A program made the translations under genes and the position numbers. From assembly GCA_964016885.1 (NCBI GenBank), contig OZ024741.1:338892001-338956000 (forward strand): DNA of 64,000 bases, in the 5' to 3' direction. Below the pieces are notes generated by a model. The model did no database searches. It was given only the letters and a program-made list of their open reading frames with translations, and was not told the origin of the DNA. Below, piece after piece: positions 27,063 to 39,095 of the stretch (positions are counted from its first letter, which is position 1; each line of letters starts with the position of its first letter). This DNA comes from Eledone cirrhosa (taxonomy: Eukaryota).

Positions 27063-27103
27063 CGTTGCACCAGCTTCAAGCCTACTAGCTATCGTCAGCA
27101 ACG
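27063..27103 (-). ncRNA. Degenerate minimal hammerhead
   Basis: CGTTG-CTGACGA-tAGCtagtagGCTt-GAAGCTGGTG-CAACG. Stems I and II pair but the core is mutated. Confidence 0.45.
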
Positions 27104-28053
27104 CACACCCTCCTGCCAGACTGCTGAACGCATATACCCACCTTATACACATCAACGGCTGAGCAGCCCAACTTGCACATCGAGTGGGTCAATCGGCCGG
27201 GCACACCGAAAACGATAAACGGAAAAAAAAAACGTATATATGTATATATATACACACATATATATATACATAGATACGTACATATATATATATATACATA
27301 TATATAGAGAGATATATATTTAAATATATGTATATATATCATCATCATCATCATCGTTTTTATGTATATTTTTCCATGTTTGCATAGGTTGGATGGGTCC
27401 TTTTCAGCACAGCATGTTTCCACTCGCTGCTTTCCTTCATCATCTCTTCTGTAAGTCTCAGTGATTTGTGATCAGCTCTCTTCCTTTCTACTTAGCTCGT
27501 CTGTGGTCTACAATTACTGTGGCTTTCTCCCACTGGATGTCTGGAACTTCTTCACCCAGCAATGATCATCCATTTGCATCACATGACCATACCAATGCAG
27601 TCTTCTTTCCTGCACACCATTTCTGATTTCTCTTAAACCCAGTTTCTCCCTCACTTCATCCAAGTTCTTCCTTTCTCTCATATTTACATTTCACATTCAT
27701 TGAAGCATGGTTGTTTCATTTCTCTTCAGCCAAGACACGTCCTCTGCACTCACTGCTCATTTTTCATTACCATGCAGTATCGCACATCACACAACGCACA
27801 TAGGCATCATACAGCTGTCCTTTCGTAGGGAGAAACCTTTTTGTTGTCAGCAGTGGGAGTAGCTCTCAAAACTTCTCTAAACTATATATACACACACACA
27901 TATATATATATACATACATACGCACACACATACAATACATATATATACAAAATATTGTTAAGAGAGGATTACTTTTATATTATATATATATAACTTGTCT
28001 AAGCCATGCCAGTGTGGAAAAATGGACATTAAACGGTGATGATGATGATATAT

Positions 28054-28380
28054 AGGTTATTATGTGAGTAACTTGTTACTAGCAGCGATGCTGGTTGAAG
28101 CACTTACTGGGTTCGTCTCTCATTGGGTTGTGCTCCAGGTTTAAGGCAGTTGTAGTTTGCAGAGTGTATATAAAGTGGCATAAGAATTGCAGCTTTTTAT
28201 AAACTTTATTTCATATTACATTTTGTTTCTATATCGATCAGCTCGGGTTTACCACCCATGTAAACTCTCATATCTGAAGAAATGTTTATTAAGAGTTGGG
28301 TCCAATCGCATGAGCTGGTCGATATAGAAACAATTGTAAAATGAAATAAAGTTTACATAAATCTGCAATTCTTATTGTCT

Positions 28381-28388
<8 letters not shown>
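28054..28388. mobile_element. Fold-back mini-element + tail (tail on minus strand)
   Basis: IR 28167-28244 / 28312-28388. The adjacent GCAGAGTG is the reverse complement of the tail start CACTCTGC. Confidence 0.7.
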
Positions 28389-28421
<33 letters not shown>

Positions 28422-29124
28422 TATACATCATCATCTTCGTTTAACGTCCATGTTGCACGCTATCATGGGTATGAATAATCTGCTAATGAAGCAAAATTAA
28501 AAAAGAAAATAATTATGATAATTTTTCATTATTAAGACAAGTTGAACCTTTATATGATCAGAAGTTCTGGAGAAATCAAAGTGAAGATGTAAATATTCAA
28601 TTGAGCAAACAAACTGAACAAAATCAGTGACACAGCATTTAACCCCAGGTTAGATGTAAGTGATGTGAGTGCAGACATATGATGGAAGACAATCCAGCTG
28701 AGGCCATCTGCTTCTTTAGAGATATCTAGGACTACATTATCTAAAGTGTCCTTTCTTTAGTTAAGACAGTAGGGTGTGGTTTGAGGGAGATTTTGCTGCT
28801 ATTTCTACAAGATTGAGTGGTCATTTAGAGGTTTCTTAGCTGGGAGATGTTAAATGTAGGAAATAATGAATAGTGGTTTTTAATTTATGCACAAGGCCAA
28901 CAATTTGGTGGGAGGGGCAAATCAATTAAATCGACCCCAGTTCATTACTGGTACTTTATTTTATCAACACCATAAGGATGAAAGGCAAAGCTATCCTCAA
29001 CAAGATTTGAACTCAGAATGTAAAGGGATGTAACTATATACTAACGATTAATAAAAGGGTTTCTACATACAACTGGGCTGCCAAAAATGTTTTAAAATGT
29101 TTTTTGTTTTTCCCCTTTTCTCAG

Positions 29125-29263
29125 GTATGTTCCCAAAATGAGCATGGGTCGGATAAAGAAGTAGCACTATGTACTCCCTACAGTGAGTTGTCCCTGATGT
29201 ACCACACTGATGAAGAACCAGGATTTGGTACTGGAGACATTGGACATTATGAAGAGTTACCAG
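29125..29263 (+). CDS. Protocadherin coding exon 2 (cytoplasmic, VCSQNEHG...GHYEELPG)
   Basis: Polypyrimidine tract + TCAG acceptor ending 29124. Open frame in phase 0 matches exon 1. Donor CAG|GTAAC after 29263 (phase 1). Unique sequence among repeats. Confidence 0.85.
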
Positions 29264-30776
29264 GTAACAGCAGCCTTATACATTTATATATCCATTTATT
29301 TATAGTGGAGGCATGTGGCCTAGTGGTAATCGTGTTGGACTTACGATCATGGGTTCAATTCCTGGACTGGGTTGTGTGTTGTGTTCTTGAGCAAAACACT
29401 TCATTTCACATTCCTCCAGTACACTGAGTACCACCAGTAGCTGGAAAGTTAATCCTGCAATAGACCAGTGCCCTTTCCAGGGAGAAAATTGTACTCACAG
29501 TCGCTTCACACCAAGGAAACTGTGCTAAGCACTGGCTTGATGAATCCCTGGGCCCGGGACAGACTTTAGACTTTATTTGATATTGTAATTATTGGTTACA
29601 GGTTTCACATGAGATACTTATTAGTACACTGTATTTTGAATGAAGAGAATGGTAACAAGAAAGCTTTGGTATAACTTGGTGCAGAAAAAATATTTCAAGG
29701 TGACAACAAAAAAACACAATAGGTGGAAGAGCTGGAGGCTGACCCTTGGCATTTTGGTAGGAAATTTTTCCCAACAGAGGTTTTTTTTAATGTGTTTTTA
29801 ACAAATTTGAAAAATATTTGTTTTCTTTTAGAAAATTATGAGGGGAAGGGAGTACAGAGTTTCGCATCACTGGAATACATTTTACAATTAATTTTTTTCC
29901 CAGGGTGAATGAAAAATGAAAGTAGTTTTATGGTAATTGGTGGAGGAAATGCTGAAGATAAAAAGAAAGGTGGAGAAACATATATATATATATATAGAGA
30001 GAGAGAGGAGAAAAGAAAAATTGAAAACTGAAATGAAAATACATACACACATATATATATGTATATGTCATTGTTTTTAAGTCTGATTTTCCATGCTTGC
30101 ATGAGTTGGATGGGTCCTTCTCAGCACAGCATCTCACCACTCGCCATGTTCCTTCATCATCTCCACCGAGACTCAGTAATTTGAGGTTAGCTCTCATCAC
30201 ATCTACCCAGGTTTTACTTGGTCTACCTCTACTGCGGCTTCCTTCCACTGGTATTACCTGGCACTTTTTCACCCAACGATCATTGTTCATGTACACCATA
30301 GGTTCATACCAATGCTGCCTTCTCTCCAGCACACCACCACAGATTCCTCTTAAACCCAGCTTCCCCTTCAACTCGCCCAAGCTCTTTTTTCTCTCACACT
30401 TACATTGTACATCCAATGGACCATGATAGCTTCATTTCTCTCCCGTTCAAGCATATCCTCTGCAGTCACAGCCAATTTGTCATTACTATGCAACATTGCC
30501 GTTTGCACACAGTCGTCCTTTTGTAGTCAACAACGAGAGACTAGCTCTCTGAACTTTTTCCATACTATCTTTATTCTAGTTATTAGTTATTATTGCCATA
30601 TATATATGTATAATCATAAGGCATAATCAAATGAACTATACTCTCCAGCTCAGTATGATACTATAATTAAAGGGGAATAACTCATTAAAAAGGGGTTTTT
30701 ACGATTTATTTCCCTTCGATTAAAAACTGAACTACTTTAATGAAATTTCTTTTTTTCATTTTTCCATCTCCTCCAG

Positions 30777-31153
30777 GAAGTTATTCCCACCACACTTTCC
30801 AGGTGACTCCGAAATCATTGTCAATCAGTCAGCAGACAATTCCAGTCGGTCACCAGATGCAGTCAATAAGTCAACAAACACTTCACGCCAGCCAGACCAA
30901 ACTAAACGCAAACTCATCTCCAAAAATTAACAACTGTCCAAGAACAACAAACACCATTGGCCGATATATCTATCAGCCCAATATTAGACAGCATACAAAT
31001 TCCAGTAATGATCTGAATGGTTTCAAAACTGGCAAGCCAGTAAGCAGGGCAAATTCTTGTGCTTCGTGCCATTCTCGAAATCTTCCAGTAAAGAACACTT
31101 TCACTCCATACACCAAACCTTTACCAGCAGTTCCAAAAGATCCATGTTTGTAA
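30777..31153 (+). CDS. Protocadherin terminal coding exon 3 (…KPLPAVPKDPCL*)
   Basis: Long pyrimidine tract + CCAG acceptor ending 30776. Phase 1 matches exon 2 (G+GA=Gly). Open to TAA at 31153. The joined CDS is 2922 nt, a multiple of 3. Confidence 0.85.
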
Positions 31154-31167
31154 ATCTTTAACGGTTT

Positions 31168-31675
31168 CCTTCCAGTCTTCTACCACTTACTGTCTGTCTC
31201 TCTTTCTTCCAGTCTTTTATGTCTGCTCTCTTTCTTCCAGTCTTCTACCTCTTACTGTCTGTCTCTCTTTCTTCCAATCTTTTTTGTCTGTCTCTCTTTC
31301 TTCCAGTCTTTTATGTCTGTCTCTCTTTCTTCCAGTCTTTTATGTCTGTCTCTCTTTCTTCCAGTCTTTTATGTCTGTCTCTCTTTCTTCCAGTCTTTTA
31401 TGTCTGTCTCTCTTTCTTCCAGTCTTTTATGTCTTACTGTCTCTCTTTCTTCCAGTCTTTTATGTCTTACTGTCTCTCTTTCTTCCAGTCTTTTATGTCT
31501 GTCTCTCTTTCTTCCAGTCTTTTATGTCTTACTGTCTCTCTTTCTTCCAGTCTTATATGTCTTACTGTCTCTCTTTCTTCCAGTCTTTTATGTCTGTCTC
31601 TCTTTCTTCCAGTCTTTTATGTCTGTCTCTCTTTCTTCCAGTCTTTTATGTCTGTCTCTCTTTCTTTCAGTCTTC
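31168..31675 (+). repeat. 29/33-bp minisatellite in protocadherin 3'UTR
   Basis: About 16-17 units of TGTCTGTCTCTCTTTCTTCCAGTCTTTTA with a 4-bp length variant. Confidence 0.93.
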
Positions 31676-32111
31676 TATTTATTTATTTATTTATTTATTT
31701 ATTTATTTGTTTGTTTGTTTATCTATTTGGACATGGAATGGACTCCAGCCTCATCCAAAAATGGCCTTAGCTCTACTATAGTAAAACTTTCTTGACCTTA
31801 TCAGTACAAAAATGATAAAAAGATAATGGCCATGAGATTGATGATAATGATGATGATGATGATGCTGAGGTAGATGAGGGATAAAAGGAAGAAAATTATG
31901 ATAATGATGATGGTGGTGGTGGTGATGATGATGATGATAGTGGTGGTGAGGACTATGATGATGATGATGACGATGATGATGTTTTATTTGCCACAAAAGT
32001 TAAAAATAGTAAAAAAAGACTGACTGACAACAAAATATAATACAGTCGACTGCAATATAACACCGTAGAAATATGATTAGCAAGATTTATATATATACAC
32101 ACACACACAGA

Positions 32112-32242
<131 letters not shown>

Positions 32243-32315
32243 TATATTTATATAACCCATGCTACCGTGGAGAATAGACGTTAAACAATGATGATTTTGA
32301 TGTTGATATGTATGT

Positions 32316-32354
<39 letters not shown>

Positions 32355-32360
32355 CACATA

Positions 32361-32537
32361 CAGAGAAATTCTGTTATAACAAAATTCACGGGGTATAAAA
32401 AAAAATTCGTTGTAATGAAATATTCTTTATAACGAGATCAACCGAAACAAATCAAGTGTTTGTTTGTTATTACCTCGGGGATTGAAAAGAATTTTGTTAT
32501 AGTGAAAAATTTGTTATAATAATAACAGAATTTTACC

Positions 32538-32539
<2 letters not shown>
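32361..32539. mobile_element. Tigger-like MITE
   Basis: TIR CAGAGAAATTCTGTTAT / ATAACAGAATTTTACCTG and internal GTTATA repeats. Confidence 0.65.
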
Positions 32540-32593
<54 letters not shown>

Positions 32594-32981
32594 TATTGTG
32601 TTTGCAAATCGAGGTTTACCCTATTTTTCCAATCAATATTGTTGTCTGTGTTTCATAATGTGATATTTCTCAGTCAAACATTAATTGCACAAATTTGAAC
32701 TTTTTCTGAATGAGATAAATCTGTCTGAAGTGGACCATGTAATATCAGTAGGCTCACCTTCATCTCCCTTTGGTAGATCTGTTTCTACAGAGATGTAGTA
32801 TTATCATTGTAACAGTATTTGAAAGAGTTGATATAGCCAAGAAATCCTGGGCATACTTGTGTATATATATGTATATGTATATATACATATATATATATAT
32901 TCTCCCCTCTTCCAACCAACACAACCACGGATTACACACCATTGGCCATCGTTCCCACTATCTACTCCCTCATACATACAT

Positions 32982-33015
<34 letters not shown>

Positions 33016-33629
33016 GTATGTATATGTATATATATATGTACATGTATATATATGTGTGTGTGTATGTGTGTGTGTGTGTGTGTATATATGTGTGTGTGTG
33101 TGTGTGTGTATGTATGAATGTATGTATGTGTATATGTGTGTATATATGTGTATGTGTGTGTAGGTGTACGTTTTTTATATATATATATGTGTATATGTAT
33201 ATATGTATGCGTACATTTATATATATGTATATATGTATGTGTGTGTAAGTATGCTTTTGGGTTTTTTTGTGTGTGTGTTTGCATGTGTAGTTTTATTTTA
33301 TTTTTCCTTTCCTTCTCCCTTTTCCAGCCTCACTTTCATATAGATTGCATTTTTGTTTTTAGAATCCATATTCAATAAACAAACCAGGATTTTTCATTCT
33401 GAGGATTGAAAGCAAAACCTTTTGCTTTTAAGAAACCACTGGTAAATGGAATAATTGCCTTATGTTGTTTATTACATAATAATAATAATTAAGCTCTGTT
33501 GCCTACATAGAGCACTCTTTTTTCCTGGACTTTTCCGATGGAATTACTTCATTCACACATATGTATATATGTATATATATATATATAGATATACATCTAT
33601 ATATATATAAATACGTATATATATATATA

Positions 33630-34410
33630 GTGAAAAATGGAACGGGAACAAAACAGAGAGTCAGTACGAACAAAGGTTTATTAGTTTCACGCTCTTGAGA
33701 GTGGGGGGGGGGGGGGGGGGGGGAGGACGACGACATTTCGGGCATAAGCCCTTCTTCAGGCTAAAAGTGGGTGGGAAGAGAGTTCCGAGAGTGTGTAGGG
33801 GAGTGGAGGAGAGACATTTAGAAAAAAAGGGGGGGGGAGGAAAAACGGTGGAAGGGGTACAAATAAAAAAATAAAAAATAAAAATAAAAATAAACATGAA
33901 GATAAACAAGTGGTGGAAGGTTGTGGGGCGTGTACGGGTGGTGGCGGGTGGAGTGGGGAGAGGGAGGCGGGGCGTCCGAGCGGGAGGGCTGAAGGTGGTG
34001 TATGTGTGTAGGTGTATGTGTATGTGTGTGTGTATGTGAATGTGAGAGTTGGGGGAAGAACGAGGTTCCATGTTCAGGGAAAGGTGTGTGTGTGGGGTGG
34101 GGTGTAGGTCGGTGTGTGCGCGCGTGTGGATGGGGAGGGGTCAGAGGGGTGGGGAAGGGGGGAGGATTCCGGAGGCTGAGTGTGTATATATGTGGGGGTA
34201 CGCACGTGTGTGGTGTTTATACGTTTTGCGGATGTAGGTGGTGTGGTTCAAAACAATTTTTTTGAGTGGATGTCCGTGGGTAAGTTCCTAAAGTAGTTCC
34301 GTCGAGGATGTGAAGAGGTGCCGGATATTTTCCATGTGAGGGAGTAGATAGTGGGAACGATGGCCAATGGTGTGTAATCCGTGGTTGTGTTGGTTGGAAG
34401 AGGGGAGAAT
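33630..34410 (-). mobile_element. PLE 3' fragment/pLTR with hammerhead
   Basis: Homologous to 870-1030 around the ribozyme and bounded by (TA)n on both sides. Confidence 0.6.
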
Positions 34411-34429
34411 ATATATATATATATATATT

Positions 34430-34737
34430 AGAGAGTGAGGGTTTTCCTACACGAGTGAAAGTATAAGGAAAAAAGATGAAATCGAAAATGCAACTGGAGT
34501 CGTTTTTTATAAAAAATATATATTTATTTGGTTCCTTTACCGGTTTCGCAGTTCTTCTGCTTTTCAAAAGTAGAATTGTGATGGAGGGTGTGTAGTTTTT
34601 CAAACCACAAACCCTCCATCACAACTCTACTTTTGAAAAGCAGAAGAACTGCGAAACCGGTAAAGGAACCAAATAAATATATATTTTTTATAAAAAACGA
34701 CTCCAGTTGCATTTTCGATTTCATCTTTTTTCCTTAT
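34430..34737. mobile_element. Fold-back mini-element (about 130 bp arms) in (TA)n
   Basis: 34457-34590 is the reverse complement of 34610-34737. Contains GAAACCGGTA and AATAAA. Confidence 0.75.
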
Positions 34738-35400
34738 ATATATATATATATATATATATATCTCGTATATATATATACATATATATATATGTACGTGTGT
34801 ATGTGTATGTATATATATGTATATATATATATATATACATAAAAGGCCTAATGGATTGGGTATTGGACTCATGATCAAAACATGGAGGGTTCCATAGGTT
34901 GTTGGGCATGTTATTTCATTTCATGCTGCTTTTCATCATAGGACTGGGGCCCCTATTATTAAAACACTTGAGAAATCTCTTATTAGATGTAACATTATAG
35001 GAGGTCTGTTGAATCTGCATAGGAATGATGTGTAAATTTCATTCCATTTTATGTATGAATATGCACACATGCACACACACACACAGATACAGATGCACAT
35101 GGACACACACAGATGTACATGCACACACAGATGCACATGAAAACATGGAGATGCACAGACCAGCACATGAAAAATTCAGTTGTTTACATCTGACAGAAAC
35201 AAAGAAAGCAGTATGCAATACTAAGTAATAGAGAAGATTTATTTGAGAAATCTTATGTATATATATACATATATAGCTGTCAAAACGGCTTGAGCTCAGC
35301 CGTCGGGGTCCTACTCCTTCCTATCACCCACTCTACTACCCTAAGTATTGAGTACTTTGGTGCATTATGGTACATCTGCTTCCTTACCACATTTCCTTCG

Positions 35401-35988
<588 letters not shown>

Positions 35989-36074
35989 AACTTTGAATAA
36001 CTTTGAAATGTTTTGGCCAGTATTGGCCCAGGCCATGTCTAACTTAATAGCACCACCTGGCGAAGTCTTTCAAT

Positions 36075-39000
36075 TCAGGATTTGGGCACCATGGCCAATT
36101 CGAGAAGAGAATTACTGTTTGCGGAGACATATCCGGGTGTGGGTGGTTTGTCCGGGATTACTTGGAGGAATTTGTCCAAAGACTTCTTGAATTTTGTGTG
36201 GTCAGTTTCTGTTTTGACGTGTCCTGGTGTGATGTTGAAGAGAGCAGGGCCGATTGAGGTGAAATAATTGTGCCGTATTGTTGTTATGAGTTGCGATTTA
36301 GATTTTTGAATGGGACGGATAGCACGGGGCCCAAGCCTTGGGTGTATCTTGAAGGCGATGCCAACATCATTTGGGCAGTGATGATGGAACATTTTCCACA
36401 TCATGCAGATAATATAACGCTCACGGCGACGTTGGAGTGAGTAAAGTTTCAGGTTTTCTAATCGACCCCAGTAGTCAAGGTCTGACATGCCATCTATCTT
36501 TTTCGTGATTGCCCTTTGAGGAGCTTCAAGTTTCATGATACTTTGTTTCGTGTGGGGAGACCACAGTGGACAACAGTATTCAAGGTGTGGTCGGGCGAAA
36601 GTAGAGAAGAGAAGGATAATGGTGCGGGAATCTCTCGACTGGAAGGTTCTGAGGATCCAGGAACACATTCTGCGGGCCATGTCAACTTTGCTGCTTATAT
36701 GCGTGGTCCAGCTTATGTTGCTGTCCACGGTTACTCCCAAGTCTCTGATGTTGTTAGATGCCACGAGAGTTTCCCCGGAGGGAAGGGAGTACGGGAGTTT
36801 CAGAGCATCCTCTTTTCCAAAGTGGATCAGTTCGAATTTGTCTTCGTTCAGTAACATGTTGTTCTTTTCTGCCCATTGGGTAACAGCCAGTAGGTCTGAC
36901 TGAAGGCTTATCCGGTCATCCACGCCATTGATGACCTTTTGGAGCTTGGAATCATCAGCGAAAATTTTAATGTTGCTGTGTTTGATGATGTCAGTGATGT
37001 CATTAATATAGATGATGAAGAGAAGTGGGCCCAACACAGTGCCTTGTGGGACCCCACTACTGACTTTGGCTGGGCTTGATTTGACTCCCTCAACTACAAC
37101 ATGTTGGGTTCTGTTTGACAGGAAGCTCTTGATCCACTGCAGCAGCTTTCCAGTGACACCAATATTGGACAGCTTTCGCAGTAGAATGTTATGATCAACC
37201 CTGTCAAAGGCCTTGCTGAAATCAAGGTAGATAACATCAGTGTTGGAACCCTCTCCCAAGGCTCTCAAAATGTCATCAAAGTGATGCAGTAGCTGCGTCA
37301 GGCAATCCCTTCCATTACGGAATCCATGCTGGTTGGAGTTCAGCATATTGTTACTCTCAAGGAAGTGGGTCATTCGCGATCTCACCACTCGCTCAAATAC
37401 CTTAATGATATGAGAGGTGAGTGAGATTGGACGGTAATTCACGGCAAGGGATTTGTTTCCCTTTTTGAAAACTGGGACAACAGACTGGGATAGAAGGTTT
37501 TCTGGCACATATCCAGCATCCAGTGAGTTCCGCCACAGATTGGCAAGAGGAGATGCAAGTTGGTGTTGACACGCCTTCAAGACACAAGCAGGGAACCTAT
37601 CGGGACCTACTGCTGAATTATGCTTGATTTCCTTTATTGCCGCCAAGACATCAGGGGCGCCAAACGTTATGTCCGATAAGGTGTAATGGGGAGTAACATC
37701 GCCGATACAGGCCAGATCGGCTATATCAGGATTGCTGAAAACAGAGCAGTATTGTTTCTGCAGTATCTCACCCATGGTTTTAGCATTGTCTTGAAGAGTG
37801 CCATTTTCATCAATTAGAGGGCCAACAGTAGAGCCAGTGATTTTGTGTTTTTTTGCAAATGAAAAGAACACTTTGGGATTGAGTTTGATCTTCTCAATGG
37901 CCCAGGCCTCTTCAGCTCTTCTCTGATTGTTGATGAGGGACATTATGTTGTTTTGGAGGTTATGTTTTTTAATCTCTAGTGATGAAATGGCAGTCAAGTT
38001 GATGTGTTGCTGCTGACAGTATTTCAGCTTGTTGATTTTTTTGTTCGTTCTCTTAATTTTTCTGATGAGCGTTTTTCTATTTCTAGGGATTCTGCTCTTA
38101 GATTTGTTTATAGTTCTTAATGGGGTGTGTTTAGCACATATGTTTGTAACAGTGTCCACAAATGTCTGCCAGGACTTTTTGATGTTAGTGGGTGTATGAG
38201 TGTGCGTGAAGGACCAGTCGACATGTGCAAGATCATGACTGATCGCTTCCCAGTTTGCATTGTGGAAATCCATAGCGTCAAACGGATGGACAGGAGAGAT
38301 GACATTGGGTTTGTATATTGGACGGTGGAATCTCAGATCACAGAGAACCATGTCATGATCAGAGAGTAGAGTTTTCTCCACTGCAATATTGTGGATATTG
38401 TCAGTGTGATTGCTGAAAATTAAGTCTAGGACGTTTTTGTGGCACCTCGTTGGTTCGAGCACCAGTTGGGATAGGAAGAAATCATCCATGAAGTCAAGAA
38501 GCGATTCCACAGCTTCCCTGTCAGAGGTTGAGGCAGAAGAACCTGGTGGCAGGCTGTTTGTGGACCAGTCAACTCCGGGGAGGTTGAAGTCCCCCATCAT
38601 TAAGATGTTGTCAGGGTGACACTCTTGGATGAAACACTTTATGCTGTTGAGGCATTCCTTGAAGCATGGTACAGGCGTTTGGGGTGGCCTATAGAGCCCA
38701 ACTACTAATAGGTTGTTGGTTTGACTGAATACAGTGACTGCTTCACAGTATCCATTAGTGAATATGTTCATAGCCTCTGTTGAGAAAGAATTATGGACAT
38801 AAATGGCAGTTCCGCCCTTTCTTCTGCCAGCGCGATCAGCACGGATGGCTTTGAAATTTTTCACTTTCACCTCGGCTTCCAAGTGGAGGTTACTGAGATG
38901 GGTTTCAGTGAGGACGAAGAAAGGGATGTGGTTTGGATGGACATCAATCCAGTCCTCCAGGAATTTGATCTTCCATTTTTGAGTATTGGTGGAAGGGCTG

Positions 39001-39095
39001 ATGCCTTGGGCGTTAAGCAAAAATGTAGAGGCGAGAGTGGATGGTTTTAATTGTTTTGGTGTGTTGTTAATTTGTTTGTTTGTTAATGGCAGCAA
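36075..39095 (-). CDS. LINE ORF2: APE endonuclease + reverse transcriptase (uninterrupted; frame open upstream to about 39212)
   Basis: LTETHL, YRPP, MGDFN and SDHD (APE). [40 protein letters not shown] and DLGV (RT). C-terminal YSLQRRRER is CR1-like. Confidence 0.95.
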   Translation of the reverse strand: MLPLTNKQINNTPKQLKPSTLASTFLLNAQGISPSTNTQKWKIKFLEDWIDVHPNHIPFFVLTETHLSNLHLEAEVKVKNFKAIRADRAGRRKGGTAIYVHNSFSTEAMNIFTNGYCEAVTVFSQTNNLLVVGLYRPPQTPVPCFKECLNSIKCFIQECHPDNILMMGDFNLPGVDWSTNSLPPGSSASTSDREAVESLLDFMDDFFLSQLVLEPTRCHKNVLDLIFSNHTDNIHNIAVEKTLLSDHDMVLCDLRFHRPIYKPNVISPVHPFDAMDFHNANWEAISHDLAHVDWSFTHTHTPTNIKKSWQTFVDTVTNICAKHTPLRTINKSKSRIPRNRKTLIRKIKRTNKKINKLKYCQQQHINLTAISSLEIKKHNLQNNIMSLINNQRRAEEAWAIEKIKLNPKVFFSFAKKHKITGSTVGPLIDENGTLQDNAKTMGEILQKQYCSVFSNPDIADLACIGDVTPHYTLSDITFGAPDVLAAIKEIKHNSAVGPDRFPACVLKACQHQLASPLANLWRNSLDAGYVPENLLSQSVVPVFKKGNKSLAVNYRPISLTSHIIKVFERVVRSRMTHFLESNNMLNSNQHGFRNGRDCLTQLLHHFDDILRALGEGSNTDVIYLDFSKAFDRVDHNILLRKLSNIGVTGKLLQWIKSFLSNRTQHVVVEGVKSSPAKVSSGVPQGTVLGPLLFIIYINDITDIIKHSNIKIFADDSKLQKVINGVDDRISLQSDLLAVTQWAEKNNMLLNEDKFELIHFGKEDALKLPYSLPSGETLVASNNIRDLGVTVDSNISWTTHISSKVDMARRMCSWILRTFQSRDSRTIILLFSTFARPHLEYCCPLWSPHTKQSIMKLEAPQRAITKKIDGMSDLDYWGRLENLKLYSLQRRRERYIICMMWKMFHHHCPNDVGIAFKIHPRLGPRAIRPIQKSKSQLITTIRHNYFTSIGPALFNITPGHVKTETDHTKFKKSLDKFLQVIPDKPPTPGYVSANSNSLLELAMVPKS

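Noticed and set aside
31219-31795. Three overlapping hydrophobic ORFs; also a superficial CRISPR-like periodicity
   Set aside because: A head-to-tail minisatellite with no unique spacers and no cas genes, in a eukaryotic context.
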